64,000 nucleotides of DNA from Camelus ferus. Taxonomy: Eukaryota. The notes under the pieces are model-generated. The model was not told the DNA's origin, ran no database searches, and was given only the letters and a program-made list of their open reading frames with translations. The first letter of the stretch is position 1. Each line of letters begins with the position of its first letter. The position numbers and the translations under genes are program-made. Shown piece after piece: positions 11,780 to 24,904 of this stretch. The stretch spans positions 116,996,001 to 117,060,000 of the forward strand of contig NC_045697.1 in NCBI RefSeq assembly GCF_009834535.1. Direction: 5' to 3'.

Positions 11780-14050
11780 AATTTTTTTTTGAGAAGGCAA
11801 TACATGATGTGGTACAAAATTCCAGCTGTACAAAATGTCAGTTTAAAGTGATCTCCAATACTTAGGTCTCTCTTTCTTGAAGTGATATTTTTCTGCTTAA
11901 CATTTGATCACTGAGGTCTCTCATGGAAGTCACATAAGTGTGCCTCACTATTTTCAAGACCTTTGTGGCTTGCTGTCCCATAGACGCCACTCTGAAAATT
12001 TTGTCGTTACATCTTTACAGCATGTGTTTATAGAGTAAACCTTTAAAAATGGAATTGTCAAATCTGAGGATATGTTTATTTACAATTTTGATAGTTGTTG
12101 TGAAATTGTCTTCCAGAGGGTTGTATCGACTTGTGATGATACTAACACAAGGGCGTGAATGCTATGCTCTTGCTAATATGGTGCATTAACAAAATTTTGC
12201 TTTTCACCAAAAGCATTAACTGAAAACTTGGTATCCAAAGGTAATTTTTAAAAACAGCTTTATTGAGGGATAATTGATCCACAAATGACTGTACCTGTTT
12301 ACTGTGTATATTTCGGTGAGTCTGGCCATATGCAAACATGCATGAAACTGTCATCACAATCAAGGAAACAAACATGTCTCACCCCTCCCCAAACCTCCTT
12401 GTATCCCTTTGTGTGTGTGGTAATGACACTTAGCATCAGATCTACCCTCTTAACAAAATTTAAAGTGTGCAGCGTTGTGTTGTTACCTCTAGGCACATGG
12501 GAGTTATTGCTCAACACACATGAAGTTTCAGTTACGCAGTCAGAATGTAAATTACAATTTACACTCATTTTGTTATGATTGAGCGTGATCAGAGCTTCAA
12601 AATTTAAAAGGCTTTGTATTTCTTTCCTCTAACTCCGTCACCCTACACAGTTACAAAGCATTTTTTCTTGTGACTAGAACTGTTAAGGTCCACTCTCTCC
12701 ACAACTTTCAAATATATGACCCAGTGTTATTAACTACAGTCACCATTCTGTACCTTACATCCCTGTGACTTACTTATTTTGTAGCTAGGAGTTTGTATAT
12801 TTTGACCCCCTTCACCTATTTCACCCAGCCCCGATCCCCACCTCTGGCAACTACTAACATTTCTCTGTATTTAAAAATTTTTTTAGATTTCACATATAAT
12901 TGAGACCATATGATATTTGTCTTTCTCTGACTTATGTCACTTACAGTAATGCCCTTAAGGTCTTCATGTTCTCACAAATAGAGAGATTTCCTTAGTTTTC
13001 ATGGCTGAATAATATTCCATTACATATATATACATATCACATCTTCTTTATCCATCCATCCATCCGTGGACACCTATGTTGCTTCTCTAACTTGTCTATT
13101 GTAAATAACACTGCAATGAACATGAGGATGCCTCTTATTAGATATTTGTTACTAAAATACCTGAGCCATTAAATCTGCAATTTGTTGCTTTTTATTTTTG
13201 CTGCCATGGAAAACTTTTTAATTTTGATGAACTCCCATTTATCAATATTTCCTTTAATTGATTCTGCATCATGCTTACAAAGATTTTCCACTGTGCTTCA
13301 AAAGACATTTGAATGACTGTAAGAGAATTTTCCAATGTTTTCCTTTCACATCTATGATTTTTTTTTTTTTTAACTTTGAAAACACCGATCTTACTGAAAC
13401 TTATTTAGTAGGAGGGTTGGGAGAGGGAGTCTGCTTCATTTATTTTCTCCAGATGTTCTCCCGGGACCCCACCATCGCCTCATCCAGACCCACCCTGCTC
13501 CCTCACCCTGCTGATTTACGAAGCCGCTTTCACGAGCGATCAGCCGTCCATATGCATTTAGGACCATGTCTGGTTCTTTGTTACATTGACTGTTTGTGGC
13601 CAGTACCAATATGTTTTTTTTTTTTTTGCTGTTTTACAACATTTTATACGATCTCATGGCCACTCTAGCTCATTTGATCTTCTGCTTCAGATTTTCTTGG
13701 ACATTGTTGTGTTTTTGTTGTGGTTTTGTTGTTTTGTTTTGTTTTCTGTATAAAGTTCAGAATCCCATGTGGTAAGTTCCACAAAAAATTCTTGAGTAAA
13801 TTTGTCAGGATCACGTTAAATAGATAAATTATCTTAGGGGAAATAGTTGTACTGACAATGAGTCATTTCATCAAAGAACAGATACAATAGGGAATTCAAC
13901 TTGTTTAATTTCTCCTTTATAAGTTAGTTTCTCCTTTATAACTTGGTTTTATTTAGTGTTTTACTAATAGAGATTTTGTGGGTTTCTGGTTAGACTCAGT
14001 CACAATTTGATGCTACCTGGAATCTTTAAAAATTATACTTTCTAGCTGCT
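11780..14050 (-). mobile_element. Nested cluster of old L1 (L1M-type) fragments
   Basis: Old L1 antisense motifs (ggaattgtcaaatc...aattgtcttccagaggg), an inserted L1MB/MC-like 3' end at ~12244-12500 (cagctttattgagggataattg) and a younger L1 at ~12655-13130 (gctgaataatattccatt...ttgtaaataacactgcaatgaacat). Subfamily names uncertain. Confidence 0.7.
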
Positions 14051-14450
14051 TATCATTTCAATCCCTATTTCACTCAAGAGTGGCTTCTGTGCCCACCAGC
14101 CCTGGGAATGTTTCTTGCCAAGGTAACCAGTGGCCTCTCTCCTGCAGAACCCAGTCAAGGGCCATTTCTCCATCTTCCTTTTGATGCTCAGCAGCATTGG
14201 GACGTCACCCAATCCCCCTCCCTGGAAATCTCCCCTCTTGGGGCTTCTCTGATGCCACCTTCTCCAGCTGTTCCTCGACCTGCCTCACCAGGAACTCTCC
14301 TCTGCCTGCTTTGCCGTCCCTTCCTCCTTACCTGGCGCTCAGGGCTGGTGATGCTGTGGGTCCCTGTCTCTCCTCTCACTGCATCAGCTCTCTCCCCGCG
14401 ACTTCCTTCTGCCTGCCGTACACTGGCTTACATGCTGTATCAGGACCGTT
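14050..14450 (+). mobile_element. L2 LINE remnant
   Basis: Pyrimidine-rich L2-like text (ttcttgccaaggtaaccagtggcctc...cagcagcattggga...cttgggcttctctgatgcc). Confidence 0.6.
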
Positions 14451-15149
14451 GTTAGAGACTGAGATTTTTAAAACCACCATCCCTCCATTGAATCACATTT
14501 CTCTGGGAAAAGGTTGCCCATAAACCTCCAAAAGAAGGTACATCTGTGACACATTTTCAGAAGAGATAACTGACTCCTTCACACATATTTTGGGAACGCA
14601 GATTTTCACAGTTGAGACAGTACAACTGGCAAAATGGTGCAAACTTCACCTTGACTCTAGCAAAACCATAAATTATACAACTTCTACTCCGAATGCCCCA
14701 AACAGCCTAATCTAAATTCATTAGCAAAAGTTAGGGACAATTTGCATCTTCCTCTCTGTCCTCTCAACTAACCGAGATGTACGCTACAGAAAAAAAACTT
14801 CCCACTGGACCTATAGTATAAGACAAAACCACCAACCAAAATAAGCTAAGAAAAAAAAAGTTATCTGACTTTCGAAAACAAACATCAGCGGATTTTGCAA
14901 TCATTGCCTGGGTTTCATATGTACCTAGAACTGGCTTCAAGATTTGTGTCAAGGATTAGTGATTCTTTTGTATCTGATAATTGCTCTGATGCTTTTGGAA
15001 GAAGTATTCTATTCTGCACTTCAAATGTTCCTAATGTCACATTAGAGTCTCAACAACTCATCTGGCCACAGAAAGAGCAGGTTACAAATCCTAGTTGGAC
15101 TACAGACTGCTTTCTCCAGGATTCTGGAGATTCTCCAAGATTAGAGTCA

Positions 15150-15253
15150 GTGGAGGGTATAGCTCAGTGGTAGAGTACATGCTTAGCATGCAGGAGGTCC
15201 TGGGTTCAATCCCCAGTACCTCTGTCAAAATGGGGGAAAAAAAAAAAAAAAAA
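15150..15253 (+). mobile_element. tRNA-Ala-derived SINE (Vic-1-like)
   Basis: GGAGGGTATAGCTCAGTGGTAGAGTACATGCTTAGCATGCAGGAGGTCCTGGGTTCAATCCCCAG plus poly-A. Confidence 0.93.
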
Positions 15254-15411
15254 CAAGATCCCTCTTAATCAGGTCTGAGTAGAGACAAAACATAAACACT
15301 GTCCCAAAATACAAAACACCAAGTCACTCCCTCATCTTGGCTAAGATCAGCTCCTGCCATTTTCCACTCACAGATTAAGTTTCAGTCTGGTCTTCTCTCC
15401 TCCTGGATAAG

Positions 15412-15421
15412 ATACACACAG

Positions 15422-15461
<40 letters not shown>
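15412..15461. repeat. (CA)n microsatellite
   Basis: About 20 CA units with one interruption, abutting an L1 3' fragment. Confidence 0.95.
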
Positions 15462-15463
<2 letters not shown>

Positions 15464-15665
15464 CTATATATAAAATAGGTAAACAACAGGGACCTACTGT
15501 ATAGCACAGAGAACTACATTCAATTTCTTGTTATAACCTAGTAATAGGAAAGAATCTGGAAAGGAAATATATACATGCACGTATATGTATAACTGAATGG
15601 CATTGTTGTACACCTGAAACTAACACCGTAATCAAATACACCTCAATAAAAAATTTTAAAAAAAG
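15461..15665 (+). mobile_element. L1 3' UTR fragment
   Basis: ctactatatataaaatagg...gacctactgtatagcacag...tacacctgaaactaacac...AATAAA. Confidence 0.88.
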
Positions 15666-17173
15666 ATGTCCTGTATAAATGATCATAGTTGTAGCTCAGA
15701 AAAAGTGAAGTCTTAAAATTATTTCTGCTTCCTGTCCACATCTCATCTACAGCAAACCTGATTTCCTCAAACTTTCTCAAAAGTCTTCTGACATGAACTC
15801 AAGTGCTTTCATTGTGAGCTTTACTGATAAAAATGGATAAACTATCAATCTGTAAAAATTCTTCATATGACTACTTTATAATTAGGTGCCTACTTATTAA
15901 GAGAAGTGAGTGCATTCAGCCCATGCTCCATGGGAGACAAGGCAAATTATAGCATTTTCAATGGACAGGGGCATAATCAGGTAATGAGATTATTTCTCCT
16001 TGTATTGAATGAATAAATTAAATGTCAAAGAGAGGCAAAATTGGTATATGACATGGTCTGAACTCAAGATTTTGGTAATAATTTTCAATATGAAAAAATT
16101 TCTATCACAGTGGTTCATATACATCAGTGTTTTGTAGTGTTATGTAACGTTTTGTGTGTTTATTTATTTGTATACTAGCTACAATTTCAGTTATTGAAGC
16201 CCAGTACTTTTATCATATATTTTCTTCATCTTGTTCTATACCTAGTATAGGAATTTTTTTGACACTGAATCATTTTAATATTATTTACCAATTCATGTTA
16301 GTGTCTTTTAGAATTATGTAGTTTACTCAAAATTAGTGACTTTTTGTATGTATCAGGGATCAGATAGACACATATAACACCAAATGACCAAACTGAAAGA
16401 GAAATAAACTTGCATCATTAAATATTTTAAATGTTTAAAATTTCAGAAAGGAAATATTTTTTATACTTGTACTAACTGAAGGCTATTCTATCATTACAAA
16501 TGCACTTTGATATAAACTGAAAATCAAGGCAAGCAGGAAAAAAAATGTATGCAGGAGTCCAGGATCCACTGAGATAAGCACCTTTATCATTTTTAAGATT
16601 TAGTGAAATATTGGCTTCTTTGGCCTTGTCCGTTCTTGACTAACAAGCAACTCCCTCTTCCACATTTACGCTGCTTTAATTAATCTCAGTTGCAAAGGCT
16701 CGATTTTCTGGAGAAAGAAACGAGCTGTTTTGCTCTGTAAACACTTTCTGTGGGTGCCTGGACACAAGAGGAGATGAATGAACAAATGACAGATCTTTCC
16801 TAGGACTGCTGGTTTACCAAGAGCAAACAGAAGATGGAAGCCTCTTTGTTTTGGTTTCCATCTTGTCTTCGGAGGAAATGCCCAGCCTGGACTGTTCTTT
16901 GCTTACAAAAGTCACAAGGAATTAGTCTTTTTCCAGACCTGATGATTGTTTTTTTTTGCAAGGGAAATGTGAGGAAAAAGGAATGTAGTTAAGAGACAGA
17001 AGTACTGTGTTTGGGCTATATTGTTGGATTTAAATCTCAAACTCCAATACCATTCTATGCTTCTCTGGCAAAAATTTGGGCAATATTTACCTCATCAATT
17101 TGTGTCATCATCACTGCTTGTGCTGCTTGGTTTTCACTAGGTTTTCCTCCAATGCTAAGAAATATATTGAACT

Positions 17174-17704
17174 TGTAACAGGGAAGAAGAAATCTGACTC
17201 CACATGAGATCTGTTCCTTTAGATCTAACCCTGGGCTCTGTTTCCTGGGCTGTTTCCTGGGCTCAGTCACGCAAGTTCTGCACTTTTTGTAAAAGAATGT
17301 TGCCTGGAGCCTGAAATAGACAGGAGAGCCCATCCTCAAGGCTCTGACCTTTAAGGGTGCAACGCTTTTCCATTCATAAAGAGATAAATAGTTTCAGAAC
17401 AGAGAAGAACATTTGTCCTGTTGGAGGTTTACAGGGACATCATGAGCTGACCCTCGTGGACAGCTGCAAGAACAAAGGATTCCAACACCAAGAAGTTTGC
17501 AACAAGTGACCACATCCCCCCTCTTTTTAGTATAAAAGGAGCCTGAATTCTGACTTGGGGAAGATGGTTCTCCAGGACATTAGTCTGCCATCGTCTTGGT
17601 CTGCCCACTTTCCAAATAAAGTCATTATTCCTTGTCCCAACACCTCATCTCCCGATTTTATTGGCCTGTCATGTGGTGAGCAGAATGATGTGGACTCAGT
17701 AACA
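17174..17704 (+). mobile_element. ERV1-class solo LTR
   Basis: TGTAACA...GTAACA termini, 4-bp TSD AACT (17170-17173, 17705-17708), TATAAAA at 17531, AATAAA at ~17615; homologous to 1846-2358. Confidence 0.92.
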
Positions 17705-17759
17705 AACTGACTTTCCTCACTTTAAATCCTTTGGTATAACTCCCGTTATAATTCTGGTT

Positions 17760-18360
17760 TTGTGTCAGTACTCTGTCTCAACGTAAGAACACTGGGCATT
17801 GAGTTCTTCTTGGTTCAACAAATATTTATCACGGATAAACTTTAAATGCAAAAGCAATGGTAATTGTGTATGCTGTATTAGGGCATTTGGACTGTATTCT
17901 GTAGGTTCAGGGAGACTTTTGTAGGTTTTTAGGCAGTGGAGTGAAATAATGCTGTCTCTTAGCGTTCTGAGAACAATGTAGATAATGTTTTTGAGAGGGG
18001 TTACTGTAGGTGACATACCATGTCTTTTACAAGGAAAGAGTCAGGAAATATTTACAAGATAAAAATAGCAGAGCTGGGTGGCTGGCTACGTGAGGTGGTG
18101 AGGGAGGGGACACAGGCAGTTACTCATCTTGGACAAGGAGACGGAGCACGCCACCAGGATGGGAAGTAAAGAGGAAGAGCAGGTTTAGATGCGGTTGGGT
18201 GAGTTCAGCTTTGAACACATGGACCTGCAGGTACTTCCGTGTACTTGCACCCTAGTGGAAACCTGCAGCCGCCATGGTTACAGGGAGGAATATGGGCTGG
18301 AAAATAGATCTAGGAGACATTAGCAGCAGATAAATAGGGAGTCTGTAATGATAGCCAGGG
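17760..18360. mobile_element. L2 LINE remnants
   Basis: L2-like motifs (tcaacaaatatttat; gagttcagctttgaacac; gggctggaaaatagat); boundaries approximate. Confidence 0.55.
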
Positions 18361-19470
18361 GTCTTTATTTTTAAATCTTTCTGTGTTCCTCCATTTCCAA
18401 ATGGACCAGCCCCAAACACATTTACTTGTTTGATAAGTATCCTTTGTTTACTCCTTTAATTTCTAAGTTCCAAGGAAAGAAACTACAAGATTGCCAAGAT
18501 CTTCAATAGGCACTAAGCAAAGTCGACATAACACAGTCAAGATTAATATCAGAAGGGTGATGTAATAAAACAAACACAATTTTATTTTGTTAATTGACAA
18601 CTCTAGTGTTCTGTTACTTTGTGTATTTAATTTGCAAAGAAACCTCCATGAAACTGGATGTTTTCTGGGATCTTAAAACCCACTAGAATAAACACTGAGA
18701 TAATGCAAAAGAATTAGGATGCCCAGCACATTTTAATATGAATTTTGAAATGTGAAATAAGAGTAGGGTATATCTCACACAAGCAAAATTTGTAATAAGT
18801 TTAAAATTTCCTTCCAACATTAATTTGTTGATGCTCATTTAATAAATTTCTGAATATGTTTATACAACAAATTGAGAATTCAAAAAGGAAGAGGTAAATT
18901 ATAATTAGACTTTCTTATTAACTTATTAAAAATATTTAAAATATTTTCTATTAGTAGTAATGGGTACTGAAATTATAAATTGTGTAATATTTTGGTCTTT
19001 ATAAACATTTGCATGTTTCTTAAAGTCCCAGAAAATAACTTCATATTTAAAGAGGGATAAATCTGTTTCATTTATACTGCTCTGGATAGGGAAACAAAAA
19101 TTATCAGGAAACATCTGGTCTCTCTGAAAAAGCAGAAATCCCACAGAAAATCTCAGTTGACTTATTTCACAACAATTTCTTTAAAAAAAAAAAACTGGAA
19201 CTACCATAATCATTGGAAAGTAACCCAATAAAAATGTGTCTTTCTATTTCTTGAGAATGCCTAAGAACCCATTGTTCACTGAAAACCAAATGAAAGCAGG
19301 AGTCAACTCTCCAAGAGATGACAAGATGGTACAACTTTGTATTCCAAGATATGATGTAAGAGCCAAGGCTGTAGGAATCACAGGAACATCTGGGAAAAGC
19401 ACTGGTCCTTTGTGTACCCTGGTGTCCCTAGAACTTGCAGTTCCCAAGAATCAGCATTTGGTTGTTGTCA

Positions 19471-19550
19471 GGGGGTGGGGGGTGTAGCTCAGTGGTAGTA
19501 CACGAGGTCATGGGTTCAATCCCCAGTGACTCCATTAAAAAAAAAAAAAA
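19471..19550 (+). mobile_element. tRNA-Ala-derived SINE with internal deletion
   Basis: TGTAGCTCAGTGGTAG and GGTTCAATCCCCAG present but the anticodon-arm segment is missing; perfect 15-bp TSD AAGAATCAGCATTTG at 19446-19460 and 19551-19565. Confidence 0.92.
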
Positions 19551-19591
19551 AAGAATCAGCATTTGAATTCACATCTTTTTTCCAATCTTTG

Positions 19592-19605
19592 CCGCCCTCT
19601 AGTGA
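19592..19605 (-). promoter_or_regulatory. CTCF-like motif
   Basis: Minus strand TCACTAGAGGGCGG versus core consensus CCASYAGRKGGCRS (1 mismatch). Motif only; no binding data. Confidence 0.45.
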
Positions 19606-20078
19606 CTCACATTACACTTCTTTTTCTGTTCAAATCTACTTAATCTACATCTAATTAGTGTTCTGATTATTGGGCTGAACTAAATATTTATGGGTAGCCA
19701 ATGTTTTAAGATTTCCAATATTTAGGTAAAACACCAATCTTACCTTAAGGTTAATCTCAAGGAGTAAATTGGCTGGATTACTCACTATAACTGCAAAAAT
19801 TGTTGAAAATAGAAGTTATATTGCAAGTTATTAAAATAGCAGCAGTGGAAAGTGTAATTTGGCAGACTGTTTGAGGGTAGGGGCGTATAACAGTACTTAG
19901 AGGAGTCATACAAAATTTTCACACCTTATAACATGTTACACTATATCAGAGACAGTCAGTACCCAAGAAAGTAACTGAAGTATATTCACAAAGATATTAG
20001 TAACTTTAATATAAATAATAGAACAAAATTAGGAATAAAGGGTATATCATCTGGCCAAAATTGAGATTTTCTTGTAGG

Positions 20079-20109
20079 GGTGTGTGTATGTGTGTGTGTG
20101 TGTGTGTGT
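20079..20109. repeat. (TG)n microsatellite
   Basis: About 15 TG units with one interruption. Confidence 0.9.
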
Positions 20110-20384
20110 ATCCCATAGTATATATATAAAATAAAATTGTGTGTCATTATGTTGCCATTTAAAATCGAAAGTACACCAATTATGTAATTGCATGATACTC
20201 TCAACCATACAGAATAAAGAACTTAAAGTAGAAAATAAAGTAGTTAATACACAAGCACGAAGAATAATAAAATGAAAGAAGGGGTTTTGCCACTTGTAAA
20301 TGAAAAGTGAATTTGTGTTTGTGTGTGTGTGCGCACTGCTTTGTTTTTACTGTATGAATGGATAACCTGCAAGAGAAACCAACT

Positions 20385-20398
20385 CCAGGAGGTGGCGT
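20385..20398 (+). promoter_or_regulatory. CTCF-like motif
   Basis: CCAGGAGGTGGCGT versus CCASYAGRKGGCRS, in a small CpG-containing patch. Confidence 0.4.
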
Positions 20399-22054
20399 GT
20401 GCACGCATGAGGGGCTGGGCGAACTGCTGTCCACTATTTCCATTTCACCTTGCTTGGCTCACAGTGGAGGCACGTGGATTTAGTGTGCTGGGCTGAGCAG
20501 ACACCTGGCTGCTATGAAAAATTCATGGCCTCAGGCAAGATTTCAATCGTTGCCGCATTTCTAAAGGTGAAAAATAAAAGCCCACTTTATCCACATAAAT
20601 GCTCCCAAATGGTAATATCTATACCATGATGCCCACAATGACTTAATGCAAAGGAGGGGAAAAGCTCATCTCTGGTGAATTCTAAAACTTTACATTGGTT
20701 CTACTCAAACATTTTTCTACTTAAACTCAGAAGTCATTATTGAATTCAAAGCACCTGCCAAACTCTCCATAAAATTCTGAAGCCAAATGGATGCATAGAA
20801 CCATCCTGTCCTGTTTTCTGAAACTCACACTCTCACTATTCTGGTTTTCCCTCTTGGAAATGTTCGTCAGTGACTCACGGGCTGTGTCCTTCTCTTCTTC
20901 CCTTTGGGTCGGCATTTTCCCAAGTGTTTTCCCTGTCTTTCCATTTCTATCTCTACGCTCTTACTCTCTCAAGCCTTAATTATCTCCTTGTAGACACCTC
21001 TACGATCAGCCTCTACAAACCACCTTTTCATCCCTTTATCTCAGACATGGCCTGCCAGGTGCTCCAGACTCGCTGTGCTTCCCGTGGGGAGTCTGTGCTT
21101 CTCCAACATGTGTGATGCATTCTGTTGCCTGACTACCGGCATCTCAGTAAAGAAGTGGAAACTCACAGCCTTGTGGCATCAGCTGAAAAGGAGTGTAAGT
21201 TAGTTCCATTACAGCGCTCTACTGCATGAAAAACAAATCAAGTGATATGGGTGTGTGGAGGAGAAAGCAGGGAGACAGGAAGGTGATTTTTACTTGGGAA
21301 AATAAGAGGGCGAAAGGAAGCATTCTCTGAGCTGGATGATAGGTTTAATTGCACTGATGCTCTTAGAGATTTGCACTCACACATCTCACATCTCGGAGGA
21401 AGGAAGCAGCCGGTGGCTTCCTGTGGGTGACTGTGCACTCCAGCACCTGACGTGACTAACCTTGAGAACTTGTGACTCAATGCGAGATTAGGTCTTGGAA
21501 CCACGGCCTCTATCCACAAGGCACCTTCCATGGGTTCTCCATCCAATACAGACTTCTTGTATGGGATTCAGATGCTCATCAATCAAACTCACATTCAGAG
21601 TATTAAAATAAGGATTTTCAGAATGAGCTGACAGACAGTATGGAGAGAAGAAATGAGGCAGAAATGGGAGCAGAAGCTATGGGACAAAACAAAATAAACT
21701 GTAAGCAACCAGGTATGCAAAACAGAAAGAGGGCAGAGGGAGGCTGGAATCAGCTCGTTGAAAGGAACGAAACAGCTGTAGATTCAGAGTCTCTGAATCG
21801 TCAGAATGGTGACACCCCAGACTCCCGTGTATCTGCAGCATGGCCGTGGGCTTACAGCTGCCCGGACACCACACTGATGGCTGAAAGCAGCTCACAGGAA
21901 ACACCCAGCAGCTCAGGATAATCCCAGACAAAGCTGAGCAGGGTCTGTCGTTTCCCACCCCACGCTGGGCTGCCGGCATCCCTCTGCCCCCCAGGTAAAG
22001 GCACCGCCTACCACCAGCTTCCTGAATTTGAACCCATGGATTTATTCTTAAAAA

Positions 22055-22694
22055 AACACTGAACTATAGTCAAGTTATAATGTCATGTTAATTTCTGGTG
22101 TACAGCATAGTGATTCATTTATACACACATAGATAGATATTCTTTTTCCTATTCATTATCATTTTAGGCTATTACAAGATATTGAATACAGTTCCCTGTG
22201 CTGTTCAGAAGAAATTCATTTTTTATCTATTTTATGTATAGTAATGTGTATCTGCAAATCCCAAACTCCCAATTTATCCCTCCACTCCCCCCTTTCCCTC
22301 CTGGTAACTATAAATTTGTTTTCTAAGTCTGTGATGCCTTAAAAAACTGAATAGACTTATCATATGATCCAGTAAGTCCACTCCTGGGCATATATCCAGA
22401 GGAAACTGTAATTCAAAAAGACACCTGCACCCCAGTGTTCACAGCAGCACTATTTACAATAGCCAAGACGTGGAAACAGCCTAAATGTCCATCAACAGAT
22501 GACTGGATAATGAAGTTGTGGTGTATTTATACAGTGGAATACTACTCAGCCATAAAAAGGATAAAATAATGCCATTTGCAGCAACATGGATGGACCTGGA
22601 GATCGTCATTCTAAGCAAAGTTAAGTCAGACAGAGGAAGACAAATAGAGTATGATATCACTTATATGTGGGATCTGAAAAAGGACACAAATGAA
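22055..22694 (-). mobile_element. L1 with 5' inversion (3' end on minus 22055-22335; inverted ORF2-end segment on plus 22336-22694)
   Basis: Left part is antisense L1 3' UTR. Right part is sense ORF2 C-terminal sequence (ORF 22518-22778 contains MPFAATWMDLEIVILS). The two parts are nearly contiguous in L1 coordinates. Confidence 0.88.
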
Positions 22695-24580
22695 GCTCCT
22701 GCTTCTACTCTCACCCCCCCGCCCCGGCTCCCAATTCCCTCTCCACTCAGCAGTCATGTGGTCTTTATGAAAATGTAAATTTGATTATTTTACTCACTAA
22801 AAAAGTAAAGTCCCTGCCAAAGCTGCCAGTCACACTTAAGGGAAAATCCTCACCCCTCGCCCTCACTGCAGAGCCTCAGCCATCTCACTCTGTGACCTCG
22901 GTGGGCCTGACGGCACCACATGCCAGCTTCAAGTCTCCCAGCCCACCCCCGTAGACAACACAAACAGGGCAGAAATTCAACACGATGACTTTTGTCTAAC
23001 AGACACAATGGATGATTGATCACTGATAAAACTATTAGCAAGTCTAAGCCAGGTGGATGCCAATACCACCATCTCTGGTTGTTTGTACCTCTGATCAGTA
23101 GGGTTGGTGCTCTGTGTCACTGATTATTTCCAAAGTTTATAAGATGATTTGGAATTCCTAGCTCCCTGGTTGTATCTCATCCCCTGGTCCTTGAAGGCTT
23201 TGGGGAGCTTTGGCAGCCACGCGCAGGAAGCACTGTTTCTCACGGACCAACGCTGACCTTTGGTTCAGCTCTGATAATAGTTTTGCATTATCTTCTAGAG
23301 CCAGAAGAGACCCCACCCAGATCTTGCTTCTTCCCTCCTGCCTTCTCTGCTCCCTCTGGAGGATGTCAAGCTGTGCTGACAACTCCAAAGCCTGGATCTC
23401 TGCTGGCAGACCGCCCTGGGGTCCGACAGCTGTCTCCACCGGGCTTCTGATTACACCTGGTACCTGGATTTCCCGTTCTCACGTAATATCTGCTGGTTGA
23501 GGGCGTGTGTTTCACCTTGCTAACCTGCCCTGTAGCGGGGGGCAGGTCATTTAAGGATGGGTTTGGTTGCAAGTCCCCGAGAAGACTTCTCAGAGCATAC
23601 TCAATAGAAAGCATTTTAATTTTGTTCCCAAATCACAAGAAGCCTGGAGACAGGTGATGCCTGATTCTGCATCAGGACTCAAGAGTGTCCAAACCAGGGT
23701 TCTGGTCTTTTCCACCAGAGTTGCAGGAACTCAGCCCTAGGCACTGAGGCAGGAACAGAGTCAGGTGTTTGAAAATAATTCTTGCTTGGCTTGGTTTCTC
23801 CCTGTTGTCTGTATTTTTACTTGACGGTTTGAAAAGCTAAATCTATGAAAAATGTTTAAACGCAAGTGGGTATTTGTACATTCAATAGGCGTTTTATTGG
23901 AGAACTGCTTGCTTATTAATATGTAGCTTCTTTAAAATGATGCTTTGAAATGTGTTCTCACTGACAGGTTAGACTGCTGTTGCTCATTGAGTCTCTAAGT
24001 CTTGGTTTTTTCAACCCAGCAGAAAATTTGTCTTCAAAATTCCTTTCCAGGGCTAAGAGTATAATTCGCGTAAGAACAATCTCTCCTCATGACAAACTGA
24101 CACCAGTTAAGATGAAACACTTGAGAGGTACCTCAAACAAATGTATGTCTTTTTGGCTTAAAAAAAAAAATCAATCCTGACACATGTTCACTCTTGGCCC
24201 AGTTCACTCTTCTTTCCATTAATTTATTTATTGGATTTATGAAGAGCTTTCTCCTCCACTAACTGGATTTAATTTCCTTCAGCTCTGTGGCTGTCATAGT
24301 TCATATCTGTCTGTCGGAAGGGATCAAGCCTGGTCAGGTTCGATTTGGGGAGAATCCAAACCCCCTGTTTTCCTCCCACACACAGACGCTGATGACTGGA
24401 AGGCGATGAAGGCTTCACGTATGTCCAGACTACTCTGACTCAGTCAAAGACCCCCGCCCCCCCCCCCGTTCTGATTAGTTGTCCCAAGAGGCAAAGTGGA
24501 TCTGGATCGTAAACTTACAGGTTTTAGGCACTTCCCTCTTTTCCTTTTTGATTCCATCTGCTTGTAAGAGCAAACATCAT

Positions 24581-24904
24581 CCAAATGAACATAAATACAA
24601 AACAGAAACAGACTCATAGACATAGAATACAAACTTGTGGTTGCCGGGGGGGCGGGGGGTGGGAAAGAACAGACGGGGAGTTCGAGATTTGTAGATACTG
24701 ACAGATATATATAGAATAGGTAAACAAGATTATACTGTATAGCACAGGGAAATGTATACAAGATCTTGTGGTAACTCACGGTGAAAAAGAATGCGACAAT
24801 GAATATATGTATGTTCATGTATGACTGAAAAACTGTGCTCTACACTGGAAATTGACACAACGTTGTAAACTGACTATAACTCAATAAAAAAAAAATTTTA
24901 AAAA
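24581..24904 (+). mobile_element. L1 3' UTR fragment (type A), CpG-retaining
   Basis: caaatgaacataaatacaaaacagaaacagactc...AATAAA plus A tail; TSD AAGAGCAAAC(A/TG)TCATC at ~24566-24581 and ~24905-24921. Confidence 0.92.

Noticed and set aside
15150..15225. tRNA-Ala(AGC) gene (also the other eight tRNA-like sequences)
   Set aside because: Extended G-rich 5' ends, poly-A tails, TSDs and broken stems identify them as SINEs rather than tRNA genes.
1846..17704. Full provirus bounded by the two homologous LTRs
   Set aside because: LTRs are inverted, each has its own TSD, and I see no gag/pol/env between them.
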